A DNA stretch of 64,000 nt. Source: Macrostomum lignano (Eukaryota). A program made the translations under genes and the position numbers. The stretch's first letter is position 1, and every line of letters starts with the position of its first letter. The stretch is from contig NIVC01000061.1 of the NCBI GenBank assembly GCA_002269645.1, forward strand, positions 124,001 through 188,000, in the 5' to 3' direction. The notes under the pieces are model-generated. The model saw nothing but the letters and a program-made list of their open reading frames with translations, had not been told where the DNA came from and searched no databases. Below, in pieces: positions 1 to 16,529 of this stretch.

Positions 1-2
1 CG

Positions 3-302
3 GCGAAGGTCCGCCTGTGCGCCGCCGCCGCCATCGGCAACTTCGGCCTGCACCCGGGCGGCGGCCTCAACCGGGCGCTCATTGCCGGCAAGGCGGCCGC
101 GAATCTGCTGGATTGCGCCAGGGCCGACCCGGTGGCCGAGGTTCGCGAGGCCTGCCTGAGCTCCCTGCGCGTTCTCATTGGTCGGCAGCCGGCACTGCTG
201 GCCGAGGCCAAGCGGCTGGGATTGTCCCGGCCGCTGCAGACCGACCGGCGCTTGAACGGCCTGCCGCACTCCGCCCAGCTGCTGGCGCTGCTGCAGTCCT
301 GA
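3..302 (+). CDS. STK36: Last coding exon of STK36/Fused-like kinase (C-terminal ARM/HEAT region), 5'-partial
   Basis: Frame 3 reads AKVRLCAAAAIGNFGLHPGGGLNRALIAGKAAANLLDCARADPVAEVREACLSSLRVL...LLQS* (TGA 300-302). It aligns by eye with the human STK36 C-terminus (IRRNVASALGNL...[24 protein letters not shown]). This frame is not the ORF given in the track. Confidence 0.7.
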   Translation, partial: AKVRLCAAAAIGNFGLHPGGGLNRALIAGKAAANLLDCARADPVAEVREACLSSLRVLIGRQPALLAEAKRLGLSRPLQTDRRLNGLPHSAQLLALLQS

Positions 303-305
303 TGG

Positions 306-660
306 AAGTCACGTGACTTGATTATGCACTGGTGTAAAATTTGGTCACGTGACTTTATTACACCCTGTGTTTAAGTAGTCACGTGACTTTATTGTACAAA
401 CTGGATGTTCACTTAGTCACGTGACTTGTTTACACCCTGAGCGCATAATTTATAGTCACGCGACTTTATCGTGCGCTGGAAAATCAGTTGTTAGCAGTCT
501 GTAAAACCCACTGTAAAGTGCGTATCAAGACTAAATCTTGCGCAAATTGTCTGTCAGCTGTTTCCTCTGATGCAACAAGCTGTTTTTGTAACTAGAATTT
601 AAAGTTAAAAGTAGAAGTCACGGCATTCCGTTCAATGTTAAATCAAGTGTCACGTGACTT
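306..660. promoter_or_regulatory. Cluster of palindromic GTCACGTGAC (E-box/CLEAR-type) motifs in a degenerate ~36-bp repeat
   Basis: Perfect copies at 308, 344, 378, 416 and 649; one-mismatch copy at 455. Function is inferred only. Confidence 0.4.
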
Positions 661-1270
661 TTATTTAGCACAAAAATCTATTTGTAGCGTAAAATTATTC
701 CTCTGCAGCTACTATAAGTAGTCACGATTTGACTTTGTGCCTTTTTTAAAAAGTAATCAAGTTTAAATTCCAGAAGCGGCAGGTACTACTTACTCCCTGT
801 TGACTGAGTAGTTTGTTCCGCTTTGTATAAAGCTTTGCTTGATTTATAGTTCTCACCGTGTCCGTCCATTACATCAGCCCGTCCTTAATATCTGCATTCC
901 AAGCTTTTTGCGATCGGAACCGTCCTGTTAGTTTTGGAATTGAACACCAAATTCATGCACTTTTTACCCGTACAAGCCGCTTTTCTGACAATTTTTCTGA
1001 CCTAATTTTCTACCTTACCTGCGACACCGCGTATCACGAATGATTTCGTCCATTTTGCATGCGTTATTATTGTTTAATTTAAATATATTATTGTCTGAAA
1101 AGTACAGTTTCAAAGCATTCGCTAATTTTAGTTATGAATATTTATGATTTATAATATAACCGGGTCAATGTTTCTGCCTTTATCTTGTTTACGTACGTGG
1201 CTATTTTGTTTCTATGGTGACCTTGTTGGCATTAGTTTCTCTAGTTTCCTAGAGGCATCTGATTTTGAAC

Positions 1271-2190
1271 ATGGTTGCATTTGGTTTCTATGGTTACCGT
1301 GTGGTTCCATTTGGTTTCTATGGTTACCGTATGGTTGCATTTGGTTTCTATGGTTACCGTATGGTTGCATTTGGTTTCTATGGTTACTGTATGGTTCCAT
1401 TTGTCTTCTATGGTTACCGTATGGTTGCATTTGGTTTCTATGGTTACTGTATGGTTGCATATTTGGTTTATATGGTTACTGTATGGTTGCATTTCGTTTC
1501 TATGGTTACCGTGTGGTTGCATATTTGGTTTCTATGGTTACCGTATGGTTACATTTGGTTTCTATGGTTACCGTATGGTTGCATTTGGTTTCTATGGTTA
1601 CCGTATGGTTGCATTTGGTTTCTGTGGTTACCGTGTGGTTGCATTTGGTTTCTATGGTTACCGTATGGTTGCATTTGGTTTCTGTGGTTACCGTGTGGTT
1701 GCATTTGGTTTCTGTGGTTACCGTGTGGTTGCATTTGGTTTCTATGGTTACTGTATGGTTGCATTTCGTTTCTATGGTTACCGTATGGTTGCATTTCGTT
1801 TCTATGGTTACCGTGTGGTTGCATTTCGTTTCTATGGTTACTGTATGGTTGCATTTCGTTTCTTTGGTTACCGTGTGGTTGCATTTCGTTTCTATGGTTA
1901 CTGTATGGTTGCATTTGGTTTCTGTGGTTACCGTGTGGTTGTATTTCGTTTCTATGGTTACCGTATGGTTGCATTTCGTTTCTATGGTTACTGTATGGTT
2001 GAATTTGGTTTCTATGGTAACCGTATGGTTGCATTTGGTTTCTATGGTTACTGTATGGTTGCATATTTGGTTTCTATGGTTACTGTATGGTTGCATTTCG
2101 TTTCTATGGTTACCGTGTGGTTGCATATTTGGTTTCTATGGTTACCGTATGGTTGCATTTCGTTTCTATGGTTACCGTATGGTTGCATTC
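1271..2190. repeat. 30-bp minisatellite (TGGTTTCTATGGTTACCGTATGGTTGCATT), about 30 units
   Basis: Directly visible tandem array; generates spurious ORFs in several frames. Confidence 0.95.
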
Positions 2191-2299
2191 GCTAGCTACC
2201 TGGTTGAACTCTCTACCATTCTTAAGCGAACTCAGTCAACATTGTGGTTTTATCGCTTTCTGATAATTTAAAATAAGCTCGCGCTACTAACAGTAGCAG

Positions 2300-2723
2300 A
2301 TGCAGCTTCGGACCTGGCTGCACCAATCCCGCGACCGTCTTGCTGCTGATCTGCACCCGGATGACGTCCTTGACCGGCTAATCGGCCCCGGCCTGCTGAG
2401 CCCGGCCGAAGCGCTGGAGATCGACCGGCTGGCGTCGCGCGAAGCCAAGGTGCGCCGGCTGATCCGCCTGATCGACTGGCGCGATTCCGACCGGCTGCTG
2501 GCGACCTTCAGGGACTCCCTGCTGGCCGACTATCGCTGGCTGGCCGAGCCGCCCGACTGCCGGGTCACCGACGCCGCGTCTGTCACCGTTGCTGACGGTG
2601 GAGGCGATGTCGGTTGCGGTTCGCCTCTCATTCCACCGCTGGTTGGCGATGCCGCTTGTCGGATTGGCCGCGTCGCTGCTGATGATGCTTTGAAAGCGGC
2701 TTCCCTGGAGTTTCGTGCCGATA
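2300..2723 (+). CDS. CRADD: Exon 1 of CRADD/RAIDD-like adaptor: CARD domain
   Basis: MQLRTWLHQSRDRLAADLHPDDVLDRLIGPGLLSPAEALEI...TFRDSLLADYRWLAE has the CARD pattern (cf. RAIDD TFLDSLQEFPWVRE). Candidate donor A|GTGAGA at 2724 is phase 1; the exact donor is uncertain. Confidence 0.65.
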
Positions 2724-2799
2724 GTGAGAAGTTTGAAGCGGTTATTTGAGCCTTTTGAGTGCTGTGGCTCATCCCAGTCTATGTAGTCTGTAGCAGTTT

Positions 2800-5700
2800 G
2801 TAGGCGACTCTCACCCCAGTTTGTAGGCAAGTCTCATCCAGGCTGTAGGCGACTCTCACCCAAGTTTGTAGGCGACTCTCACCCCAGTTTGTAGGCGACT
2901 CTCACCACAGTTTGTAGGCGACTCTCACCCCAGTTTGTAGGCGAGTCTCACCCAGTTTGTAGGCGAGTCTCACCCCAGTTTATAGGCGAATCTCACCCCA
3001 GTTTGTAGGCGAATCTCACCCCAGTTTGTAGGCGACTCTCACCCCAGTTTGTAGGCGACTCTCACCCCAGTTTATAGGCGAGTCTCCCCCTTGTTTTGTA
3101 GGCGAGTCTCACCCAAGTTTGTAGGCGAATCTCACCCCAGTTTATAGGCGAGTCTCACCCAAGTTTGTAGGCGAGTCTCACCCAGTTTGTAGGCGAATCT
3201 CACCCCAGTTTATAGGCGAATCTCACCCCAGTTTGTAGGCGAATCTCACCCCAGTTTGTAGGCGAGTCTCATCCCAGTTTGTAGGCAAATCTCACCCCAG
3301 TTTATAGGCGAGTCTCACCCAAGTTTGTAGGCGAGTCTCACCCAAGTTTGTAAGCGACTCTCACCCCAGTTTGTAGGCGAGTCTCACCCAGTTTGTAGGC
3401 GAGTCTCACCCAGTTTGTAGGCGAGTCTCACCCTAGTTTGCAGGCAAATCTCACCCCAGTTTATAGGCGAGTCTCACCCCAGTTTGTAGGCGAGTCTCAC
3501 TCCTGTTTATAGGCGACTCTCACCCCAGTTTGTAGGCGACTCTCACCCCAGTTTGTAGGCGAGTCTCACCCAGTTTGTAGGCGAGTCTCACCCTAGTTTG
3601 TAGGCGAATCTCACCCCAGTTTGTAGGCGAGTCTCATCCCAGTTTGTAGGCAAATCTCACCCCAGTTTATAGGCGAGTCTCACCCAAGTTTGTAGGCGAG
3701 TCTCACCCAAGTTTGTAGGCGACTCTCACCCCAGTTTGTAGGCGACTCTCACCCCAGTTTGTAGAAGAGTCTCACCCAGTTTGTAGGCGACTCTCACTCC
3801 AGTTTATAGGCGAATCTCACCCCAGTTTATAGGTGAATCTCACCCCAGTTTGTAGGCGAATCTCACCCCTGTTTATAGGCGAATCTCACCCCAGTTTATG
3901 GGCGAATCTCATCCCAGTTTGTAGGCGACTCTCACCCCAGTTTGTAGGCGACTCTCACCACAGTTTGTAGGCGACTCTCACCCCAGTTTGTAGGCGAGTC
4001 TCACCCAGTTTGTAGGCGAGTCTCACCCCAGTTTATAGGCGAATCTCACCCCAGTTTGTAGGCGAATCTCACCCCAGTTTGTAGGCGACTCTCACCCCAG
4101 TTTGTAGGCGACTCTCACCCCAGTTTATAGGCGAGTCTCCCCCTTGTTTTGTAGGCGAGTCTCACCCAAGTTTGTAGGCGAATCTCACCCCAGTTTATAG
4201 GCGAGTCTCACCCAAGTTTGTAGGCGAGTCTCACCCAGTTTGTAGGCGAATCTCACCCCAGTTTATAGGCGAATCTCACCCCAGTTTGTAGGCGAATCTC
4301 ACCCCAGTTTGTAGGCGAGTCTCATCCCAGTTTGTAGGCAAATCTCACCCCAGTTTATAGGCGAGTCTCACCCAAGTTTGTAGGCGAGTCTCACCCAAGT
4401 TTGTAAGCGACTCTCACCCCAGTTTGTAGGCGAGTCTCACCCAGTTTGTAGGCGAGTCTCACCCAGTTTGTAGGCGAGTCTCACCCTAGTTTGCAGGCAA
4501 ATCTCACCCCAGTTTATAGGCGAGTCTCACCCCAGTTTGTAGGCGAGTCTCACTCCTGTTTATAGGCGACTCTCACCCCAGTTTGTAGGCGACTCTCACC
4601 CCAGTTTGTAGGCGAGTCTCACCCAGTTTGTAGGCGAGTCTCACCCTAGTTTGTAGGCGAATCTCACCCCAGTTTGTAGGCGAGTCTCATCCCAGTTTGT
4701 AGGCAAATCTCACCCCAGTTTATAGGCGAGTCTCACCCAAGTTTGTAGGCGAGTCTCACCCAAGTTTGTAGGCGACTCTCACCCCAGTTTGTAGGCGACT
4801 CTCACCCCAGTTTGTAGAAGAGTCTCACCCAGTTTGTAGGCGACTCTCACTCCAGTTTATAGGCGAATCTCACCCCAGTTTATAGGTGAATCTCACCCCA
4901 GTTTGTAGGCGAATCTCACCCCTGTTTATAGGCGAATCTCACCCCAGTTTATGGGCGAATCTCATCCCAGTTTATAGGCGACTCTCACTCCAGTTATAGG
5001 CGACTCTCACCCCAGTTTATAGGCGACTCTCACCCCAGTTTGTAGGCGAATCTCACCCCTGTTTATAGGTGAATCTCACCCCAGTTTATAGGCGAATCTC
5101 ACCCCAGTTTGTAGGCGACTCACCCCAGTTTGTAGAAGAGTCTCACCCAGTTTGTAGGCGACTCTCACCCCAGTTTATAGGCGAATCTCACCCCAGTTTA
5201 TAGGTGAATCTCACCCCAGTTTGTAGGCGAATCTCACCCCAGTTTATAGGCGAATCTCACCCCAGTTTATAGGCGAATCTCATCCCAGTTTGTAGGCGAA
5301 TCTCACCCCAGTTTGTAGGCGAATCCCACCCCAGTTTATAGGCGAATCTCACCCCAGTTTATAGGCGAATCTCATCCCAGTTTGAAGGCGAGTCTCACCC
5401 AGTTTGTAGGCGAGTCTCACCCCTGTTTGTAGGCGAGTCTCACCCAGTTTGTAGGCGAGTCTCACCCAGTTTGTAGGCGACTCTCACCCCAGTTTATAGG
5501 CGAATCTCACCCCAGTTTATAGGTGAGTCTCACCCCAGTTTGTAGGCGACTCTCACCCCAGTTTGTAGGCGAGTCTCACCCCAGTTTATAGGCGAATCTC
5601 ACCCCAGTTTATAGGCGAATCTCACCCCAGTTTGTAGGCGAGTCTCATCCCAGTTTGTAGGCAAATCTCACCCCAGTTTATAGGCGAGTCTCACCCAAGT

Positions 5701-6510
5701 TTGTAGGCGAGTCTCACCCCAGTTTGTAGGCGACTCTCACCCCAGTTTGTAGAAGAGTCTCACCCCAGTTTATAGGTGAATCTCACCCCAGTTTGTAGGC
5801 GAATCTCACCCCTGTTTATAGGCGAATCTCACCCCAGTTTATAGGCGAATCTCATCCCAGTTTGTAGGCGACTCTCACTCCAGTTATAGGCGACTCTCAC
5901 TCCAGTTTGTAGGCGACTCTCACCCCAGTTTGTAGGCGAATCTCACCCCTGTTTATAGGTGAATCTCACCCCAGTTTATAGGCGAATCTCACCCCAGTTT
6001 GTATGCGACTCACCCCAGTTTGTAGAAGAGTCTCACCCAGTTTGTAGGCGAGTCTCACCCCAGTTTATAGGCGAATCTCACCCCAGTTTATAGGTGAATC
6101 TCACCCCAGTTTGTAGGCGAATCTCACCCCAGTTTATAGGCGAATCTCACCCCAGTTTATAGGCGAATCTCATCCCAGTTTGTAGGCGAATCTCACCCCA
6201 GTTTGTAGGCGAATCTCACCCCAGTTTATAGGCGAATCTCACCCCAGTTTATAGGCGAGTCTCACCCAGTTTGAAGGCGACTCTCACCCAGTTTGTAGGC
6301 GAGTCTCACCCAGTTTGTAGGCGACTCTCACCCCAGTTTATAGGCGAATCTCACCCCAGTTTATAGGCGAATCTCACCCCAGTTTATAGGCGAATCTCAC
6401 CCCAGTTTGTAGGCGAATCTCACCCCAGTTTATAGGCGAATCTCACCCCAGTTTGTAGGCGAGTCTCACCCCAGTTTGTAGGCGAATCTCACCCCAGTTC
6501 ATATGCAAAT
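2800..6510. repeat. 22-23-bp satellite (TTTGTAGGCGA[G/C/A]TCTCACCCCAG), 3.7 kb, with higher-order duplications
   Basis: Visible tandem array; diagnostic variants recur with a 1053-bp period. Confidence 0.97.
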
Positions 6511-6633
6511 CTCACTCTAAACAGCGAATATCAAAACCACAGTTACTTACTACTTACTACTGACGGGGGGCGCAGGCGCCGCGAATAGGCCGCGAGGCCC
6601 CTATCGCAACCCCAAGGTAAAAGAGCACAAGGA

Positions 6634-11359
<4,726 letters not shown>

Positions 11360-11383
11360 TTAGCAAATTTCCCAACCGCCCAG

Positions 11384-11733
11384 GTATCTCGCAGGTGTCC
11401 ATCCCACCACTCGTGGCCGTCAGTCCGCAGTCGGAGCCCTCCGGCATCGGTGCCGCTAGCCAGCAACCGGCAATCAGCCGCGCCCATCTCGAGCTGGTCT
11501 GTTCAAACGCGTTGGCGCTGGAGAATTGGCGCGCCATAACGCGCGATCTCGGCGTCGCCGAGGACGACATCGAGTGCGCGCAGGCGCGCCAACCGCTGGA
11601 CTTGCGCGGCCAGTGCTGCGATGCGCTGCGGCTGTGGTCCACCCAATACGAGGGTGCCAGCCTGCCGGCTCTGCTGAGAGCCCTGCGAAAGCAGAAATTG
11701 AATCGACTGGCTGCCCGGCTGGCCAGCTTGTAG
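11384..11733 (+). CDS. CRADD: Exon 2 of CRADD/RAIDD-like adaptor: death domain
   Basis: ...ENWRAITRDLGVAEDDIECAQARQPLDLRGQCCDALRLWSTQYEGASLPALLRALRKQKLNRLAARLASL* is a death-domain pattern. Acceptor CCGCCCAG at 11383 is phase 1, matching the exon 1 donor; an alternative acceptor lies at 11394. Confidence 0.7.
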
Positions 11734-11803
11734 CCGAATGCGCTGCTTATGCTACTGGTGTCAGTAGTGTAGTTGGTATATGCTGGCCAAAACGTTTGTA
11801 AAA

Positions 11804-13010
11804 CGGCTACACTGGTGTCTGTAATCAGGCTATAGTAGTGTCTGTAATCAGGCTATAGTAGTGTCTGTAATCAGGCTATAGTAGTGTCTGTAATCAGGCT
11901 ATAGTAGTGTCTGTAATCAGGCTACAGTAGTGTCTGTAATCAGGCTACAGTAGTGTCTGTAATCAGGCTACAGTAGTGTCTGTAATTAGGCTACAGTAGT
12001 AGTGTCTGTAATCAGGCTACAGTAGTGTCTGTAATTAGGCTACAGTAGTAGTGTCTGTAATCAGGCTATAGTAGTGTCTGTAATCAGGCTATAGTAGTGT
12101 CTGTAATCAGGCTACAGTAGTGTCTGTAATCAGGCTACAGTAGTGTCTGTAATCAGGCTACAGTAGTGTCTGTAATCAGGCTACAGTAGTGTCTGTAATC
12201 AGGCTACAGTAGTGTCTGTAATTAGGCTACAGTAGTAGTGTCTGTAATCAGGCTACAGTAGTGTCTGTAATTAGGCTACAGTAGTGTCTGTAATTAGGCT
12301 ACAGTAGTGTCTGTAATCAGGCTACAGTAGTGTCTGTAATTAGGCTACAGTAGTGTCTGTAATTAGGCTACAGTAGTAGTGTCTGTAATTAGGCTACAGT
12401 AGTGTCTGTAATTAGGCTACAGTAGTGTCTGTAATCAGGCTACAGTAGTGTCTGTAATTAGGCTACAGTAGTAGTGTCTGTAATCAGGCTACAGTAGTGT
12501 CTGTAATTAGGCTACAGTAGTGTCTGTAATCAGGCTACAGTAGTGTCTGTAATTAGGCTACAGTAGTGTCTGTAATCAGGCTACAGTAGTGTCTGTAATT
12601 AGGCTACAGTAGTAGTGTCTGTAATCAGGCTATAGTAGTGTCTGTAATCAGGCTACAGTAGTGTCTGTAATCAGGCTATAGTAGTGTCTGTAATCAGGCT
12701 ACAGTAGTGTCTGTAATCAGGCTACAGTAGTAGTGTCTGTAATCAGGCTACAGTAGTGTCTGTAATCAGGCTACAGTAGTGTCTGTAATCAGGCTACAGT
12801 AGTGTCTGTAATTAGGCTACAGTAGTGTCTGTAATTAGGCTACAGTAGTAGTGTCTGTAAGCAGGCTACAATAGTGTCTGTAAACAGGCTACAGTAGTGT
12901 CTGTAATCAGGCTAAAATATTGTCTGTAAATAGGCTGTAGTAGTGTCTGTAAACAGGCTACAGTAGTGTCTGCAAAGTAAACAGGATACAGTGGTGTCTG
13001 TAAACATTTG
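11804..13010. repeat. 23-bp minisatellite (GTAGTGTCTGTAATCAGGCTACA)
   Basis: Visible tandem array with 26-bp variants. Confidence 0.97.
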
Positions 13011-13789
13011 TCTGTAAATTAACATTTGTCTGTTCAAAAAGCACATGTCAAAATAGATAGCTATTAACAGTCCTATTGTATTGGTGCTTATTAATTTTAT
13101 CGCATTTTAAATTTTAAGCTGCACTGTTAATCTTTTAAATAGTCCATTCTTTGCTTAATTCAGTTTAGTGTTGTGCATTTCACCGAATTTGATTTAGTAA
13201 ATACAACACACTTTGCACTTTAAACTGTTTATTTTGTTTTGCTACACTATCTGCGTGATCAAACTGTTTATTTGACTTTATATCCGGTTTTTTTTGTCTG
13301 AGTTTACTAAAAATTTGAGAGCAGGGCAGATTTTTAAACCTATTTTCATCTCTAGCTATCTGGAAAAATATTGAAATTATTGCAATTTTCCTGCAATTTT
13401 CACCTGCTTTGCGGTCTAGCAGCAGCAGCAGCGCCAATCAATCAGTCGTACAGTTATGCTGCAAGAGGATTTGAATAGCATCAAAGTGATTGACGGCGGA
13501 TTCGGGGTGCAAGCTATTGACCGATCCAATTTGCAGATCGATGTGAGTTCTGGCTGGCTTCTGGCTGTGTGAAAAGTACGGAATTATGGAATTTGTAACG
13601 AGAATTGCGATATTAAAACAGCTGCTTTAGGCGAATAACTCGCACATGCACTGAATTCCTCCAATGCAAATGCAACTGCCTCCTAAATAACAGGGAGGCT
13701 GCGGATGAGAGATGTGAATGCACTGGAGTGGCGGGGAGTCAGGAATCTGGTGTGCTAGAGGGGCAGTGGGGAGGTGGCTGCGCTTGAGG

Positions 13790-14620
13790 GGCGCGGAGAG
13801 AGGTTGGGTGTGCTGGAGGAGCAGGGAGGCGTTTGTGCTGAAAGGGCAGGGAGGGAGGTGGGTGTACTGGAGGGGCCCAGGGAGGTGGGTGTGTTGGAGG
13901 AGCAGGGAGGGAGGTGGGTGTGTTGGAGGAGCAGGGAGGGAGGTGGGTGTGTTGGAGGAGCAGGGAGGGAGGTGGGTGTGTTGGAGGAGCAGGGAGGGAG
14001 ATGGGTGTGTTGGAGGAGCAGGGAGGGAGGTGGGTGTGTTGGAGGAGCAGGGAGGGAGGTGGGTGTGTTGGAGGAGCAGGGAGGGAGGTGAGTGTGTTGG
14101 AGGAGCAGGGAGGGAGGTGGGTGTGTTGGAGGAGCAGGGAGGGAGGTGGGTGTGCTGGAGGGGAGGTGGGTGTGTTGGAGGAGCAGGGAGGGAGGTGGGT
14201 GTGTTGGAGGAGCAGGGAGGGAGGTGGGTGTGCTGGAGGGGAGGTGGGTGTGTTGGAGGAGCAGGGAGGGAGGTGGGTGTGCTGGAGGAGCAGGGAAGGA
14301 GGTGGGTGTGCTGGAGGGGCAGGGAGGGAGATGGGTGTGCTGGAGGGGCAGGGAGGGAGATGAGTGTGCAGTAGGGGCAGGGAGGGAGATGGGTGTGCTG
14401 GAAGGGCAGGGAGTAAATGGGTGTGCTGGAGGGGCAGGGAGGGAGATGGGTGTGCTGGAAGGGCAGGGAGTAAATGGGTGTGCTGGAGGCGCAGGGAGGG
14501 AGATGGGTGTGCTGGAGGGGCAGGGAGTAAATGGGTGTGCTGGAGGCGCAGGGAGGGAGATGGGTATGCTGGAAGGGTAGGGAGTAAGTGGGTGTGCTGG
14601 AAGGGCAGGGAGGGAGGTGG
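13790..14620. repeat. G-rich ~29-bp minisatellite in HMT intron 1
   Basis: Unit GGAGGGAGGTGGGTGTGTTGGAGGAGCAG. Confidence 0.95.
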
Positions 14621-15141
14621 GCGCGCTTGAGTGGCAGGGAAGGAAGTGGTTGTCCACAGTCAGACCTAGAGGGAGTTAATGCGGTGTTAGGAAATGCACT
14701 GTAGTGGCAGCAACATCTGCAATCTCGATGGTGCCATCTCGATCCCCGCAGGGCCATCGCCTGTGGAGCTGCCGGCTGCTGCTAGATGACCAGAGCTCGT
14801 GGTGGCGATCCACCGCGACTTCATAGACGCTGGCGCCGAGGTGATCGAGACGAACACCTACCAGGCCAATGTGGACAGCTTCGTGGAGGCGCTGCCGGAC
14901 TCGATGACGCCGTCGCTGGCGGCAGAGGCGCTGAGCTCGGGGTCCGGCTGGCCCGGAGGGCAGTGGAGGAGTCCGGCTGCGGCCGCCGGGTGCTGGTTGC
15001 GGGCTCCTGCGGCCCGTACGGCGCGGCCCAGTGCGACCTGTCCGAGTTCACCGGGGACTACTGTGCGTCCATGACCGAGGAGGTTAGTCACCTGGATTAG
15101 AGAGCGTCTCTAATTTGTTGGATATGGAATTTCTCTAGCGA

Positions 15142-15305
15142 AGACAGACAGACAGACAGACAGGCAGACAGACAGACAGACAGGCAGACAGACAGACAGA
15201 CAGGCAGACAGACAGACAGACAGACAGACAGACACACAGACAGACAGACAGGCAGACAGACACACAGACAGACACACAGACAGACAGACAGACAGACAGA
15301 CACTA

Positions 15306-15352
<47 letters not shown>

Positions 15353-15395
15353 AAGACAGACAGACAGACAGACAGACAGACGGACAGACACACAC

Positions 15396-15446
<51 letters not shown>

Positions 15447-15545
15447 CACAGACAGATAGACAGGCAGACAGACACACAGACAGACACACAGACAGACAGA
15501 CAGACAGACAGACACTAAGACAGACAGACAGACAGACAGACAGAA

Positions 15546-15589
<44 letters not shown>

Positions 15590-15649
15590 GGACAGACACA
15601 CACACAGACAGACAGACAGACAGGCAGACAGACAGACAGACAGACAGGC

Positions 15650-15690
<41 letters not shown>

Positions 15691-15733
15691 GGCAGACAGA
15701 CAGACAGACAGACACACAGACAGACAGACAGAA

Positions 15734-15810
<77 letters not shown>

Positions 15811-15812
15811 GC
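15142..15812. repeat. (GACA)n microsatellite in HMT intron 2
   Basis: Visible. Confidence 0.98.
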
Positions 15813-16529
15813 AGAAGAACCCAATGAGATCCCGGCATGCCTCCGCCCGCAGGACCTGGCCCGCTGGCACCGACCTCGCGTGGAGGCCCTGGCAGCGGCG
15901 GGCGCCGATCTGCTGGCATTTGACACTCTGCCGTCGCTGCGCGAGGCCCGCGCGGTCATCCAGCTGCTGCGCGAGTTCCCCGGTCTGCCGGCCTGGCTGT
16001 CCTTCGCCAGCCGCGACGGCATGAAAACCTGCGCCGGCGAGTCGCTGGCCGAGGCAGCCGCCGACCCCTGCTGATGTCCTGCGGCTCCGTGTTCGGCCTG
16101 GGCGTCAACTGCATCGTGGCGCCGAGAAACGTGGCCCGGGCGGCGCGGGAATTGGCGCCGGCGGCGGCCGAGAAAACCCTGCTGGCCTATCCGAATCTGG
16201 GAGACTACGGTGGCGCCGAGGAGCCAATCACGGAGGAGCTCGTCTCTGATTGGCTGCAGCTCGGGGTTCGTTGGATCGGCGGCTGCTGCCGGGTCGGCCC
16301 GGCCGAGATCGCCCGGCTGGCACGGACGGTCCGGCGCTTTCGCGGAGACGGCGCCGAGGAGGCCGGTGTTTAGCGGCACCGCGGTCTACCGATATGTATA
16401 GAAATATACTTTGTCATTTGTAGTGATTTGAGTTCATACTCTGCAATTGTTTCTTCAAATTTGCCAAATAAATACACTTTTGTTTGCTCACTGCGTGCTA
16501 ACGTTACTGCCTTACTGCTAATTTTCCAA

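Larger units (their letters stand above)
13456..16373 (+). pseudogene. Homocysteine S-methyltransferase (HMT/MmuM-like), 3 exons, three apparent 1-nt frameshifts (pseudogene or assembly errors)
   Basis: Exons 13456-13542, 14752-15082, 15853-16373 with in-phase GT-AG junctions. Motifs [72 protein letters not shown]. Frame breaks near 14790, 14932 and 16066. Confidence 0.85.

Noticed and set aside
306-465. CRISPR-like look: palindromic repeat with ~24-bp spacers
   Set aside because: Repeat only 10-12 bp, spacers resemble each other, eukaryotic context, no cas genes.
1144-2271. Long ORFs over the 30-bp array, and similar ORFs over other satellites (13627-14757, 15097-15870, 16772-18741, 22322-23930 beyond the exon, 25338-26081, 30577-31626, 35577-36463, 44494-45212)
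   Set aside because: Stop-free frames are a by-product of tandem repeats lying in introns or gaps defined by in-phase splice junctions.
13456-16373. HMT as a recent bacterial horizontal transfer (MmuM-like)
   Set aside because: It has two spliceosomal introns and this family is known in other invertebrates; nothing here supports HGT without a phylogeny.
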